A stretch of DNA of 62,973 bases, counting the filler, from Reticulomyxa filosa (taxonomy: Eukaryota; Protista; Foraminifera): NCBI GenBank assembly GCA_000512085.1. It is 13 parts of 13 records of this genome, joined end to end, with 100 filler letters (N's around TTAATTAATTAA, not from the genome) between each part and the next. Parts side by side here need not be neighbours in the genome. Positions count along the whole stretch, not along the records: positions 31,418 to 44,990 come from ASPP01024015.1; positions 45,091 to 61,160 come from ASPP01003158.1; 11 more parts are not named here. One strand, given 5' to 3'. The position numbers and the translations under genes were made by a program. The notes under the pieces are model-generated. The model searched no databases and was not told the DNA's origin. It worked only from the letters and a program-made list of their open reading frames with translations. The stretch's first letter is position 1. Each line of letters starts with the position of its first letter. Below are positions 40,652 to 54,474 of the stretch, in pieces.

Positions 40652-41069
40652 TATAGTTCACCTTAGTACATTAAAAAAAAAACTTTTAAGGTGAAAACGT
40701 TTCTCAATAAAGTAAACTTGAAGTGCTCAATGAGACACTCAATTTCATTCATGAGGTTGCGGTTCTTTCTTCGTGAATCGATAAGATTGTATATTTGAAC
40801 TCAGAAATAGACGTAAAAAGTGGTCTTAATACTACAACTATTAGAAAAAAAAAAGGTCATTATAATCGAATATTCGAAATTTCAAACAAAATGGTGTAGG
40901 TGTTGCAAATGTCAATTCAAAAAAATTTATGCATAGAAAAGAACAAAAAGCAAACGGCGCCCCTTTTGTCAACCTATCAAATCTTACAATGTTGAATCAA
41001 GTGAAAAAGAGAAGAAGGCAAAGAGAACTTCCTAAAAACAATGTGCCTTGCTCGGTTTGGTATATGTAT

Positions 41070-44000
41070 TTATGTACGCCACCACGGAAATACTTCCTCC
41101 ACGTATCCGCACATGATGAAGTCCCACGACGGTAGATAGGCCATAACAGTGGCATATTGATTCATAGTTCGTGCATCGGTGACGAATAAATATGAATCAC
41201 CTTTGGATTCGGCAACAAAAGTCATTCGTGCATAACTTCCAAAGCTGACTTGTGATAAACTCGTGACTTCTTGATTTCTGTCATCACTTTGCTGTCCTGT
41301 TTCTATCAATTCAACTGTTTTCAAAGTGGTTTGCAGCATTTTTCCGCCGACAAACACCATCAAAGTCATTGGTAGTTCGTTGCTAGCACCACTGATGGGT
41401 AGTCGACACATTCGCATTGTTGCACTAAATCCTTCCATCATCTATGAATCGAAAATGGGAGCCACATATAAAGAAAGATCTGATATGACAAAACAAAACA
41501 AGACAAAAGACGTGTTCCAAACTGTTGGGTCAGTCATATTCAATGTTCGTATGATGTCTCCTCCTCTAGGTAAAATGTAATATTTGGACGGCCAGCGTTT
41601 TTTTTTAATGACAATCTCTTTAAGTCTGGAGAGTTCTTTCTCGAGTACCAAGTCACTTTTCCCTTTTTTCAAAAATTGATCTGCGATCTCCATTTCGATT
41701 TCGGCACTTGTTCTGCGTATCTTTTTAACTCTCTGTTTTTTCTTTTTTGCGAGCATTGCTTTTTTTTTTCTTTTGTTGCGTAATTTGCTCAGTTTTTGTC
41801 GTCGTTGCTTCCTTTCAGGTGACTCATCATTGAAATACATATTTTCTACATTTTTGTCTCCACCAAACTCGTCTTCGTATTCTTCGTCTTCCTCCTCTGC
41901 CTCATTACCATCCAAAGAAGAAACGTCATGTTCATCGCCGTTTTCATCTTCTTCGTCATCGTCTTCTTCATCTCCATCATCGTCTTCGTTTTCGTTTTCG
42001 TTCTCGTCCTCATTTCCATTATCCTCGCTCTCGTCGGACTCGATTCCACTTTTCGTCTTCATGACAAGAGTGGCCGGAGTATGTATAATTGTATCTTCCT
42101 CGTCCATTTCGTTTTGATCCAATTGATACACTACATAGGGCTTCCCTTGGGCGTCTATCCCTTCGTGGTATTTAGGAATTTGAAACCCAATGGAAATGTA
42201 GTCTCCCGGATAGGCTGCCTTCACTTGCTTTCCTCGTTTAAAGATGGACGACACCGTGAAGTGATATAATGGATCGTTCAAATTGTCGAAATTTGGGACC
42301 CTTTCAATTACTTCTCCAACACGTATTACACCATAATCCACCGTCCCTTTTTGAATGAAAAAGGGAAAAAAAACAAAAACAAAAACAACTCTATTGCATA
42401 CATATTCTGCAATGCTTGCATCGTAAAGAGATACGTGTAAAAATAAATACACTCACCTACCAACAAATGCTGTGGCAAATCAGCATTAGTGGCTGTTTTA
42501 AGCGGGTTAATAACCTTGCGGACTTGCATGTGAAAAGGTTGTTTCTTGCGACGATAGCGATATGCGATTGCTGGTCCACACAATATTTCCAAAGCGTCCA
42601 TCAGCGTTGTTCCTCGCTTGATAATGCGAATACTTTTGTTGAGATTGCCATATCCATAAGCTTGAGTCAGATCCAATTCAAAACCTTTGTACCATGGCAT
42701 TTTCTTTTTGTCATTGTTGTCACGTCGGGTCAAATTGATTCCATCAAACACGGATACAGGGATAAAAGGAACGCCAATGGTGCAATCTCCACTTGAGTCG
42801 TCGTACATGTATGTATTCGTTATCACCTTTTTCATTGTCGAAACGATCTGATTGTAACGTGATTCGCTAATCATGTTGTTTTTAGTATATTATGATATAT
42901 TACATTATCTTGTGTTATATGTGATATCACATTGTAATATATTTTAATACAGTGTCGTGCATTTACACTTATAGTAAAACATACGACAAACCTGTATTTG
43001 ACAATATCCATTTTACTGATTAAAACAATCAATGGGTCCATTCCCATTTTGCTGTGCTTTTCATTGTGTCGCATCAGCTTCCAGTAGTTCAAAAACACAT
43101 CTACGCTTTCCGTACCAAGTTGCCGTGCCTCACTTTCATCCACACTTATCTCATACGTTTGATCTGCTGGGATTACTAGCACTCCAATCTCCCCCATAGA
43201 CATTGCTCTGTGTTTATCCGATCAAAAAAAAAAAAAAGAATTAAAGAGAAAGGTCACCCAATCAAAAATATAAAAAAAACATTTATTAAGTGTAAAACGA
43301 AAGGAGACAAAAAATAAAAAAAATAAAGCAAACACAAAAGCAGCCAACCAACCGAAAGGTGGTCTTACGATAGATGCTCTTACTTGGCGAATCGATGACA
43401 AGATATTTGCAATTGCTGTTTTTCATAGTGACACTGTCGATGCTCATGGCATGGAAATCAATGGTAGTATTTCCCGACTCGGGGGCTCTTTCGGCCTTCA
43501 AGTCATTGCTGACATACAAATACACTTGATCTTTCCGACACTCATCAAGGATAGTTTGAAATTTGTCAAAAGGGACGGCCCCTTTTTCAATCGCCATTCG
43601 ACCGTAGATACTGGATTTCCCACTTTGCAAACTGCCAAAAATCACCACATTGCAATACCAATCGAAATACTCTTCAGGCAGTTTGCGATGTGTTTTTTTT
43701 TTGGGCGGGGCTGCTTTGGCTTCCTGTTCAGCCTGGTCATCATCAGTAGCGTTATCATCACCATCACTATGAGCATCGCCATTGCCATTGCCATTGCGAT
43801 CATGACCATTTTTACCTTTCCCACTTACCTCATCATTATCATGATCCTCATCGCCCTTGCCTTTGCCTTTGCCTTTGCCTTTACCTTTGCCCTTGTCCTT
43901 GTCCTTGTCCTTGTTCTTATCCTTGTCCTTGTCCTTACCCTTGTCCTTGTCCTTATCTTTATCCTTACCCTTACCCTTGGCCTTGCTCTGGCCCTTGCCA

Positions 44001-44829
44001 TTTGCATTTGTATTCGCATCATCGTCCGAAGCAGCCTCATCAGGTTTTCTTCGTGTCGATTTAGGCGTTTTCGCGGTTGTTTTGGACTTGTCATTTTTGG
44101 GTGGATTTTTGCCTTTGCTTTTGCTTGCCGTTTTGTCATTTTTTTTGTCCAATTTCTTCGCGTCTTCTTTTTTCGGCTTTTCTTTTTTGCCGTTCTTCGA
44201 TTTACTACTCTCCTTCTCCATCACGGGCTTGTCCGTTTTTTTGCTGGGTCTGGAGGAGCCCCCTTTTTTGGGACTGGGCGCTGCACTTCTTTTGGGCGTG
44301 GATAATCCACTTTTTTTTGGGCTCGATGGGCGCTTTTTTTCGGACTCGAAGGGACGCTCTTCTTTGGACTTGCTACGCTTGCCTTTTTTGAAGGGCTTGC
44401 TTGTCCACTTTTCACTCCGTCACGCTTTGTACTGTCTTGCTTTTTACCTGCTCCGCTCTCTTTTCCTGTCTTTTGCTCCGACCCTTCCGTCTTCTTTTTT
44501 GAACTCACGTTGCTTGTGCTCTTGCTTTTGCTTTTCGCTTGCGAAGGGTCGTCTTCACTAATGCTCGCTTTCTTCCCTGTCTCTTGTGCCCCTTTCGGCT
44601 TGTTCGAACCCTCTTTCCCCAGCTTGGGCGTTGCTGGGGTGCTCCCCTTTTTTTGATCTTTCCCTTCGCTTGCTGCTTCCTCTGTCGGCTGGGGGGAGGG
44701 CTTCCTTTTCACTTCGGCTGGTTTTCCCACATTCTCTTCTGGATTTGGAGTTGTCGCGGGATTTAATGCAGATTGCTTGCCTTGCTTCGACTGTCGAGAA
44801 GTCACTGAATTTGACGAATTACGGGACAT
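41070..44829 (-). CDS. Highly divergent EF-1alpha/EFL/HBS1-family translational GTPase with Lys-rich N-terminal extension and acidic insertion
   Basis: Contains NVVIFGSLQSGKSSIYG (G1), GNTTID (G2), VIDSPS (G3), LISKMD (G4) and PFIPVSVFDGINL...MPWYKG...TLMDALE, followed by beta-barrel domain II/III-like exons. Confidence 0.75.
43852..43990 (-). repeat. Coding (KD)n/(KG)n hexamer repeats
   Basis: Tandem ccttgt/cctttg units are visible on the + strand. Confidence 0.9.
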
Positions 44830-45529
44830 GCTCAAGAAAAAATTTTATTGAATGTTTTAACCCCTTATACTTCTAACAACCGAGTTTTACAAAAAAAAAA
44901 CCAAATAACGAGTTGCTAAACAATATAAAATACCAAATAAAAACAATCGCATAACACAAAGAATAAGCAAAAGACTGCATTCACAAACCCNNNNNNNNNN
45001 NNNNNNNNNNNNNNNNNNNNNNNNNNNNNNNNNNTTAATTAATTAANNNNNNNNNNNNNNNNNNNNNNNNNNNNNNNNNNNNNNNNNNNNTTTTTTTTTT
45101 TTGAACTGACTCAACCCTTTTTTACTTTTACTTAAAAAAAAATCCAATATTGTATAGGATGAGACTCTAGAGTGGTAAACAAAACTGTGGGTTAAACTCT
45201 TTTACAAAACCAACACTCTAATTCACTTGTTTTCTTCTTATTAAATGGTTTTACTTTGAAATTAGCTCAAAAGAGCTATTTCCAATTAAAAACGAAAATT
45301 AATATTAAATCGCTGTGCACTGTTAATTGTTAAATATAAATAATAGTACCCACTCGTAGAAAAATAAGACACTAAAACGCAAAACCCCTAATCCGCTAAA
45401 AATCCAATTATCTTTTTGAGGTTACAAAGGGTGCCGAAAAACAAAAATGAAGCAAGGTCTCTACAAAAGTCCTTAGCAAAACATTATTAAACAAATAGCT
45501 AAAAATAGGGACGCCAAAAAGAGCCTTAA

Positions 45530-48500
45530 TGTTCAGTCATGATACCATGGATAAAATTGGGAATCATATTGTCACCAGCGTCATCGTCCAAACTTAACTA
45601 GAATTATTTTTGTTATTGTCATATGTTCAAACAAAAGCAAAACATAATATGTTGGGCAAAGTTAACTAACTTCAGCTTCGGAATCTGGTCCTTCACTGTC
45701 AAATATCAAACACACAAACAATTAAAGAGAAAGAGTGTTTTTGCACAGTTATAATGCCAAGCGAAATATTGTTTAAATAAGAAATAAGTAAACGTTAAAA
45801 ATAAGATATAACTTGGGATCAATAGATTGATTCTCTAAGTCTAATGGGTTGTTTGAAAACATTTTCCACTCGCTATTGTTTGGGTCTTGTGTCCAAATCG
45901 GCGCATTTTCATTTGTAGGTATGAGAGTGTTTTCACCATTGACCAAGACAATACCATTATCTTGAGGAGCAGGCGCTTTCTCCGCCACGGTATCATTCGC
46001 AGCAAGAATCAATGCATTTCGGAACAGCAACAAGTCCGAATTCTAACGAAAAACATAATGAACACAGTTATAAACAGAACAAAAGAAGTTCATGTAATTC
46101 ACACACATAACTTTATCTTTGTCGTGGGGTGAATTTAGTGTACTTGGTGTGTGACTGTTGGTCTGACCAGAATAAGTTTTTGGTACAAATTCTCTAGCAT
46201 TCGTGTTCATTCCATTGGCACTTTTCGTCACTTCTTCTGTAGTTTCGAAAGTTGTCAGAGTAAAAGTATCTACCAAAGCATCACTTGTTTTGTGTTGAAA
46301 TTGATTATTTTTATTATTCTCCAAGACAACTTTCCCGGCTGTTTCAATTGTGTAAGATTTATTTGTAGTATTATCACATTTGTAACGGCTAGTGTTTTCA
46401 CCAACCGTTTGTTTTGACATGTTGTCGGTATTTAGATTTGTCTTGGTCTCATTGTCATTTGGATTGAGTTTGAGGTTTTTGCTCCCACTTACACTTGCAT
46501 TCGGTATCACCACCTTTCGAGCACTGGGTCTTTTTGGAGATTCCAAGGGATAATATTCAGGCGCAAGCAGAACATTTGGCATTGAGGCAGTACTTGATAA
46601 GGTCCCGTTATTATTGATCACATCAACATCTTCGAAAGGTTGGAATATCATTGACTGCTGATGAGAAGGAGCCATTACTACATGATTCCCAAACATGTCG
46701 ATCACTGGTGGTATTAAGGGTGGCAAACCTAAGCAAAAAGAAACTTTTGTTTTCTTCTTTTTTTCCTCCTCTTCCATTTATGTCGTCAAAATAAATTCCC
46801 TTTGGAAAAAGACTCTCTCAAAACTGTTATGATTTTGTAATCCGGCAATCAAGATTGGTGGTGCAGATTGTGTGGTTGGTGGCACGTTCTGTGGAGGCCA
46901 ATGTCCTTGCTGAATAGGAGGCAGAAAGGATTGCTGCAATGTGACTGGAACATTTGCTGCTTGTGGAAAAAATCCTTGTAATGGGTAGCAACATTTTTGA
47001 GATAATTCCTTGTTCGAGTTTTGTCCATTTATTCCTGCTTGCACGGGTACATGTGCCGCCAAAGGTGGACTGTTACTCACAAATGGGGCTTGCATACCAT
47101 TGATCACATTTAAATCAGACAAATACCGATGTAAATTGGCATACTCACATTCCAAAAATCCGATCCGCTTGAGTTTTGATTGCACAAATCATAAATTTTG
47201 ATTGGGTTGAGAAACGTTAGTATTGAATACAAAGTGTAAAACGAAAAAAAAAAAAAAAGAAAAGAAAATACCTCGAGAGAAACAAGATAGTCCTTCTCTA
47301 ATTGATTATATTGTTGCAGTTGCTGTGCTAATTGAATACAATTGTGTGTGGTTTGCTGTAAAATTGCTTTTGTGGTATTCAATTCACGTTGACATTCTTT
47401 GAATTCTTCTTTTATAGAAGTGATATATGGCTGTTTTTCACCGTTGCTCAAATGGTTCAGTCGCTCTTGTATCTTTTTTTCACATCTTTCTTTTGCTTGC
47501 ACCTGCTGAAGCAACTCATTCACTTTTTCGCTCAGCTGTTGCTCGTTGATTCTCAGTTGTGTTATGCGAATTTCATGTTGCGAACGTATTGCCTTTTCTT
47601 TTTGCATCCATTGTTGATATTGCTGTAATTTTTTTTGTTTTGAACAAACAACCATATCTACGAGTTAAAAAAAAACAATGCAAAAAGAACAAACGTTTAA
47701 ATGTTTCAGCAAATTTTCCATTCGCATCTGCTCGCGGTGTTCAATGCTTACTTTGCTTAAAAAGGCTTGCCTTTCACTATTGACACGGGTGTTGGCAATT
47801 GTGGCAACATTTGTCGATGATTGTTGTTGTTTTCCTCCGTTTTTGTTTTCCGAAGTGATTGTGCTTTGGGTATCCACGTTTGCCGATCTTGCAATTCCAT
47901 TGATCTTATCAGCAGCGGTATTTTCATCTCCACTACTTCCGCCGGTATAATCCGCCTTATTTTGAAGCGAGCAGTTATTGGTGTTATTTGCTGCAGCTTC
48001 GTTGAAACTGCTTAAGACACCCTTCAGTCGCAATACCTCGTCATGTGCACCACGGTGCAAATGTTGAAAATGGAGCACTTGTTGTTCCAAATAATGGCAT
48101 TTTCGCAAAAGTTCTTCATGTTGTCCCCGACTTCCCTCCGTCCGTAGGTTCAACTGCGACAAAAAAAAAGCAATATGTTGGATTGGTTTGATATAAATAG
48201 ATAAGCTTAATAATAAGTATATGGGGTACGGAAATAAAAAAAAAAAAAAAAACAGTGTTCTTGCCTCGTGGAAACTACTTTGCATTACTGCTTGACGTTT
48301 TTTGGCATCATTTATTTCTGTTTCCAACATGGAAACATGATGTTTCAATTCGTTGATTTTTTGATTGCTAGCAGATACCAATGGATTGTCATACACGTCT
48401 ATGATTTTTTGTTTGTTTGTTTTTTGCAAGTGAATGGTTTTCAGGGCTACCTTGACGTTTCAACGTATACACAAAAAAACATTGAATCATTTGGACTAAA

Positions 48501-49384
48501 CTTACAACCAATTTGGCGGAACTTGTAATGCACTTGGTGCATAGATCTCCACAAACCATTCCATGATTTAACTCAGTCACTAAATAACCATTGGACAAAA
48601 CGAATAGCTTCTCAAACCAATGTAAGGTTTGATTATCACCCAAATCGTTGTTCTTTTTTCCTTTCAGAGTACTGTACTCTTTGCAATATTTCAAATCAAT
48701 TGACCAATTGATTCGTTTTTGGAATGTCAGAATATACCATTTCATTTCCAGTGTTCTGTTTTTTTTTTTTTTTTTAGTTATTGTTTTTCTTTAATTACAC
48801 TGATATGTACGACGTAATACAAGGCTGTAAAAGGGAAAAAAAAACCAAAAAAAACGCAACTATATCTTTAAATAATACATCCACATTTGTACAAAATCTG
48901 CCAGAGTCTTTTTGACTAGCAGGTCTCAAAATGTTGGTACAACGGTTCTCTTTGTCTGCGATTGCATCGTCAATTTCATTAAATGGAATGATTTTGTTAA
49001 CGCTGGCAACGATTGGCAACGTAGACACAATACTGAGTACTCTGGCAGCACCCGTGGCACCGTTGCCACATTGGAGGGCATTGGTAACGCGGAAGTTGGT
49101 AGCATTTTTATTTGTCAACACTGGTAATACCAATGTCAATGGCTCTTGTGTGGTCTTATCAAAGTCACACATACACCTTAATAGCGTTTGGTAATCAACA
49201 TTAATAGTCGTTCACATACCTTTCGCTCCATATGTTTCACTGGAACATTAGTTGTGGCTGCAAGTACGTTCGTATCGCTTGAAATCGGAGTTGCACTGCA
49301 AACCGGAACTTTGCTACTGCCTGTATCGCTATAAAAGGAAATTTTTGCGCTTGCATTGAGACTAGGAATAGTTGGAGTTTCCAT
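45530..49384 (-). CDS. Multi-exon coiled-coil/low-complexity protein with a PAM2 motif
   Basis: A series of minus-strand exons includes Q/E/K coiled coil, a Pro/Gln-rich region and MNTNAREFVP at 46181-46210. The 3' end is approximate. Confidence 0.6.
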
Positions 49385-50132
49385 TTGATTGATAACTGAG
49401 CTGTGATCTGTTTCGATATATTTTTAAAGGCTTTTAAATGTTGCACAAGAGTTTCTTAAAAAAATACCAGTACAAGGAATGGCAAAACAAATATTACAAA
49501 TGCTTTCGTAGGGAATTGTCAGAGACTTTAATTGAGCAACGGTATATCTGAATTTAAATTAACTCACGTGCGTTTCTATTTTTGGCAACCAAGATCCAAA
49601 AAAGGAGGTTCCGATATTTGTTTGTCTTCAAAGAGTCTTGCTATTTCCAATGAAGAAATTTCAATTAAAAAATAGAGATTAACCTGAAGTTACAAAATTA
49701 ATAAATGGGACAAAACATATGAAGTTGTTAGACCTTGTGAATTCGTAAAAAAAACTACGAGGATGAGGTAACGTAAAGCTACAAAAAGATCTTTCTCAAA
49801 CCAGAACAAATGAAAATACACCATTCTAACATAAGCTAAAACTTGAAAATAAGTAAAATCTTTGTCATAAATCTTGAAAGCAAAGGTATTTCCTTGTTTG
49901 TTCTGGGCATGTTGTACACTTTCTTTTTGAAGTGCATGTGTTGAGAAATTTGAAAGATTAGAATACAGATGCTTAAGTTTATGAGATAAATGAATTTGGT
50001 TTATGATTGCAAAATCGTTCATATTTTTTTTGGAGATTTCAACAAACAACAGAAAACACAAACAGCATAAACATTCATTTGTATCGTATCTTGTGATAAG
50101 GATATTACAAACACTTTGAAATGTTATTTTAA

Positions 50133-52047
50133 TTATTGAGGTTTTCGAAATACAGGTGAGTTTGGTTTTGTATTTTGTGGGGTAGTTGTAACAATAATTT
50201 CATTTTGCTCAGACTTACTTGTTTCATAAAAAAATTTGGCAAGATAAAAAAGCAATATGCCCGAAGCGGCCACAGCTCCCCAAAATGCAATCTTATTAGA
50301 CTTTGATTTTTGGTCTTGTGGTAGTAATGAATAAGTTGCAGAAGGTGTCACATCATTCATACTGCCTATTGTCGTTTCCTCTTCGTTTCTACGCATCTCT
50401 GCCTTTAATTTTTTTTTTCTTTTTTGTGTTTAGGTCTGATATATTCATTTTTTTCTTCTTCCATTTTACTTTCGGGAATATTCTCAGGAATACTCTCAAG
50501 AACAATATCTGACGTGTCTGTTGTATTTTTTTGTTTCATCGCCTTTGTCAGGTGTCTGAACGGGGCCGTCGTCGTTGTAAATTGTGCTATAGCTATGAAT
50601 CGATGACAACATTTGTGTTTGTCTGAGTTTGAGAAATTCTTTGTAATTGGGATCTGTTGGAGGGTTGAACAGGTTCAGTATATTGATATCCTTTCTTTTC
50701 GTATTTGGGTTTTCGTGACAATTGATTGTCACCTCCAATATCATCTTTGTATTTAAAGCACAATACATAAAAGAGTCTCACAAATAAATGTCTACATGCC
50801 ATTCCAACAAATATGAATTATATATAAACATATATGTATATAATACCTGACAAAAACTCATCGTCGTTCATAAACTCGTCAGCATCATCATTTTCATTTT
50901 CGTTGTCCTCATTCGCACCCAAATTATCGTCATGCTCATATTGCAAAGGATAAGAAGAGTCAGCATCGTAGCTGCTCTGATCGCCGCATGCGACGAACTG
51001 GATGGTATAGCGATAGAGACCGTTGGATTGATCATTGTCCATGTGTGACTTCTCATTGAAAAGGATAGGCGCCATTGTGGGCACGTAGTCTCTTGGTGGG
51101 CTGTAATCTCTGCAAACTACAAACGCTTCGATAGATGAATTGCGTGACGACTTTGGCTTGGCCACTACAATTTCCGTAAAAAATATTTGCAATTTTTCGT
51201 ACAACAGTCCAATATCACGGCCACGGAATATTTTAGCGATAAATGTTCCCCCTTTTCTTAAAACAAATGTCGTGATATTCAGAGCCTAGTGCAACACATC
51301 ATTTTTTTTTTTTTTGCTTTTGATCCTTATTCAGAGTTGGCAATATATACATTTATGTATATGTAAATATATGTATGTGTGCACTTTTTAACTGCTAAAA
51401 CTAGTTGTCCTTGAATATATTCGTCCATATCGTGCATTCCAGTGACTTATTTTCCACAATCGACAACAACAATAACAAAATTACACACACACACACACAC
51501 ACGTACACAAAAAGAAGGATTGAAGCTGGAAAAACACATTAGTATTATACATATGCATATGCACATACATCATATATACACATATGCAGGTATATGTATA
51601 CAAAAAAAATACCATCCGGAGCGCCGTCAGATATCACAATGTCGGCTTTTTCTCCGTCAAAATGTTTAATAATTTCTGTGGCTGTGTCTTGGTTGGTGAT
51701 ATCGCCTTGAATTTGTATGACGCCTTGGATTGGTGCCATTGGCTGCAAATCCACTGCGACGATTTTGGCCGTTTTATCTTTGTGCGCCTGCAATCGCCGA
51801 CTCAACACCTGAGACCAACTGCCAGGGGCTGCACATAAATCAACTGCTCGTTTCACCCCTTCCAATAATCGAAACTGCTGGTCTAGTTGAATTAATTTAA
51901 AAGCCGAACGTGCTCGAAATCCAACCTCTTTGGCTCGGCGGTAATATACATCCTTTTCATTGTCCAAACACAAATGCACAAAATAAAGCAAAAAGAGGCC
52001 ATTTGCAAGCAAAACAAAACTCTTTTATCTTTGGAATAACGACCCAT
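50133..52047 (-). CDS. TRM7: tRNA (cytidine32/guanosine34-2'-O)-methyltransferase TRM7/FTSJ1; 3' end uncertain
   Basis: MGRYSKDKR|[62 protein letters not shown] and PPTDPNY are present. The tail below about 50530 requires two homopolymer corrections. Confidence 0.92.
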
Positions 52048-52493
52048 TCCACAATGATCCTATCTCAATTTTGGTTCACACGTGAGCTCCTTCTTTTTCT
52101 TTTTCAAGTTTCCAAACGCCATAAAATGATCAAGGTATGCATTTCTATTGTATGATTGTGTATTTACAAGATATATCAGTTGGTCAACAGCACGAATTGG
52201 GAAGCCCTATCTAAAAGAATTGAAGCTTTCGCTTTTGTGAACTCTTGTCAAAAAAGAATTTTTTTAAATTAAAAAAAGAAATAAACACGACATTATTGTG
52301 TTTAAACTCTAGAAAATGTCCCAGTTAGAAGGTGGTTATTGGATGTTGCATTAGAGATGGAAAAAGGGTGCAAATAGGTGAATAAAACATTGATAAATAA
52401 AATAAAAAAGAGTTAAAATATCGCAAAGCGGGAAGTGTGACTCCGAACTTGGATCCGGAGACAGCAAAACATCAAAGTAAAGACAATGGAGAT

Positions 52494-53074
52494 CTATTGA
52501 TTTCCGTCGACAACAGCGACAATCCTAGCACTGGACACACTGCAAACTAAGTCTGATTTTTTCAGCCAATCAAAAGAAAGAATGGGGAGTTTTTCGTAAA
52601 GCAGTTGTTTTCTGCCCAAAGAAAACTTGGTCATATCTGAGGTATCAATGAAGCCGCAGTTATAAATGGTTTTTCCACTGGAGGCAGCATTGGTGTACCT
52701 TTCATTGAAAGGGGTGTAATTGAGTTTGCCGTCGTTGCCACAGGACAAGAGGCCAGGGATTTCCGTCTGACCACTGCCCTCACAAACCAACATCAGTTCA
52801 TTGACGCAAGACCCCTTTCTATGATCCGCAAAGAAGGTTGTGTTGGTATGTTTTTCAGCATATTGTTTCAAGTCGGCATCCGTGACATCTTTTTGAAGAG
52901 CATTGAATCTCGTCGACGGATACAAAGAAAGCGAATGATTGGGTGGGTACTTATTCCCTTCGTTATAAAGCAGATTGTCATCCTCCTCGACCGCCTCCGT
53001 CATTAGCACATCTCTTTCGTTTTCAGTGAAGTTGTCATTCGTGTCGTGTATTATATGAGAAGAATGTAAATGAC

Positions 53075-53107
<33 letters not shown>

Positions 53108-54474
53108 CACCATCACTCCAACGCAGACGAGTATTATTATTCTTTCCTAACAATTGCTCATTCATTTTACTCGTGTTTTTTCGCAGGTCCCACAACATCA
53201 CATGGCCTGACTCGCACCCCGCCGCAAAGATGTGGTTTTTGACGGGGTGGATCGATACACAACGCAAGCTGCCAAATGAACGGGGGGCACACCGGTCAAT
53301 GCTTTTTTTGTCGTACCCCTGACGTAAGTCCAAAAGTTGAAGTTGTCCACTCATTGTCGCCAATGCGATTGTGTCGTTGTTCACGAATAATACATCGTAA
53401 ATTGCACTTGAGCACACTCTCTATTTTTTAAATCATCAAGTTTTTTTCATTTTTTTTTTTTACCAATTTTTTATTTTAAAAAAATAAAAATAAAAATATT
53501 TGTTATGTTTTTTTTTTTTTTTTGGAAATGCAACAAAACATGGCTGGACAAGTGACTGGATCCTGAAGTGTTAATGTCCAATGAACCCACATGCAATTGG
53601 CCTTTTTGATCTGCTACCCAGAATTGCCCTTTCGCTTCTCCCACTGCAATCGAGGTGAATACAGAGCGCTCGTGCTTTTGATATTTCACACTGTGCTGGT
53701 GACGCAAATGCCACGTATCTTCGGTTATTGACGTCAGTGCTCTCATTTCAGGATCTTCTTCTTCATCCTTGCTCAGTACACGCACAAAGTGCACGCTTCC
53801 GTCCGCACATGCGCATAAGGCTGTTTGAGACCCCGAAAATGCAAAGTCGACAATGTCGTTAGGGAACAAGAGTCGACCTTGTCGTGACAGCGGCTCTTCG
53901 TCGCTGTCTTTATCTGTCAACAAAAAAAAAAAAAACAATGAACAATATTTTTCTTTGTTCGATTGATTGGTTAGACATTCGAACAAGAGAGAGAAAATTG
54001 ACAACAAATAATAATAAATCGTAACTGAAAGTATAAATTTCTAAAACAGATAGTGGATCATGAAATGTATATTTGTTTGATTGCATGTCTTTCGTCATCT
54101 CTGTACTGTAACAATCAAAGCAGTCTTCATATACTGTTTTGAAAAAATGCGAGCCTGCCACACAAATATCTCGGGCCGATTCGCTTTAAATTCTGATTCA
54201 TGGCTATGAGGTAACCATCGACATACGGTAGGAACATAGTCAACTTCAATGGCACAGTCTCTTCGAGCGTCCAACGAGTTTTCATCACGAAAGCGCTTAT
54301 TCCGGCCGTCAGCATCATCATCTGCTTTCATTGTGTCTCCGACATTGGAGGCATACCATAAATCCATTGGCGAATATCTGAATATTAACACTACAAAAAT
54401 CTCAAAGAATTTTTTTTAAAGGCACCTCTTGGACGATATGAACTGTTCAACATTGACTTACATAGTTTAATCAT
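52494..54474 (-). CDS. WD40-repeat protein, Nup43-like
   Basis: VCRWLP, DIVDFAF, LQLLDLR, LRCVSIHPVKNHIFAAGCESGHVMLWDLR, LLSCGNDGKL and PILSFD are present. WD40 is solid; the Nup43 assignment is tentative. Confidence 0.6.

Noticed and set aside
43451-44561. Long + strand ORFs (284 aa and 234 aa), and similar antisense ORFs elsewhere
   Set aside because: They are shadows of low-complexity repeat-coding exons on the opposite strand.
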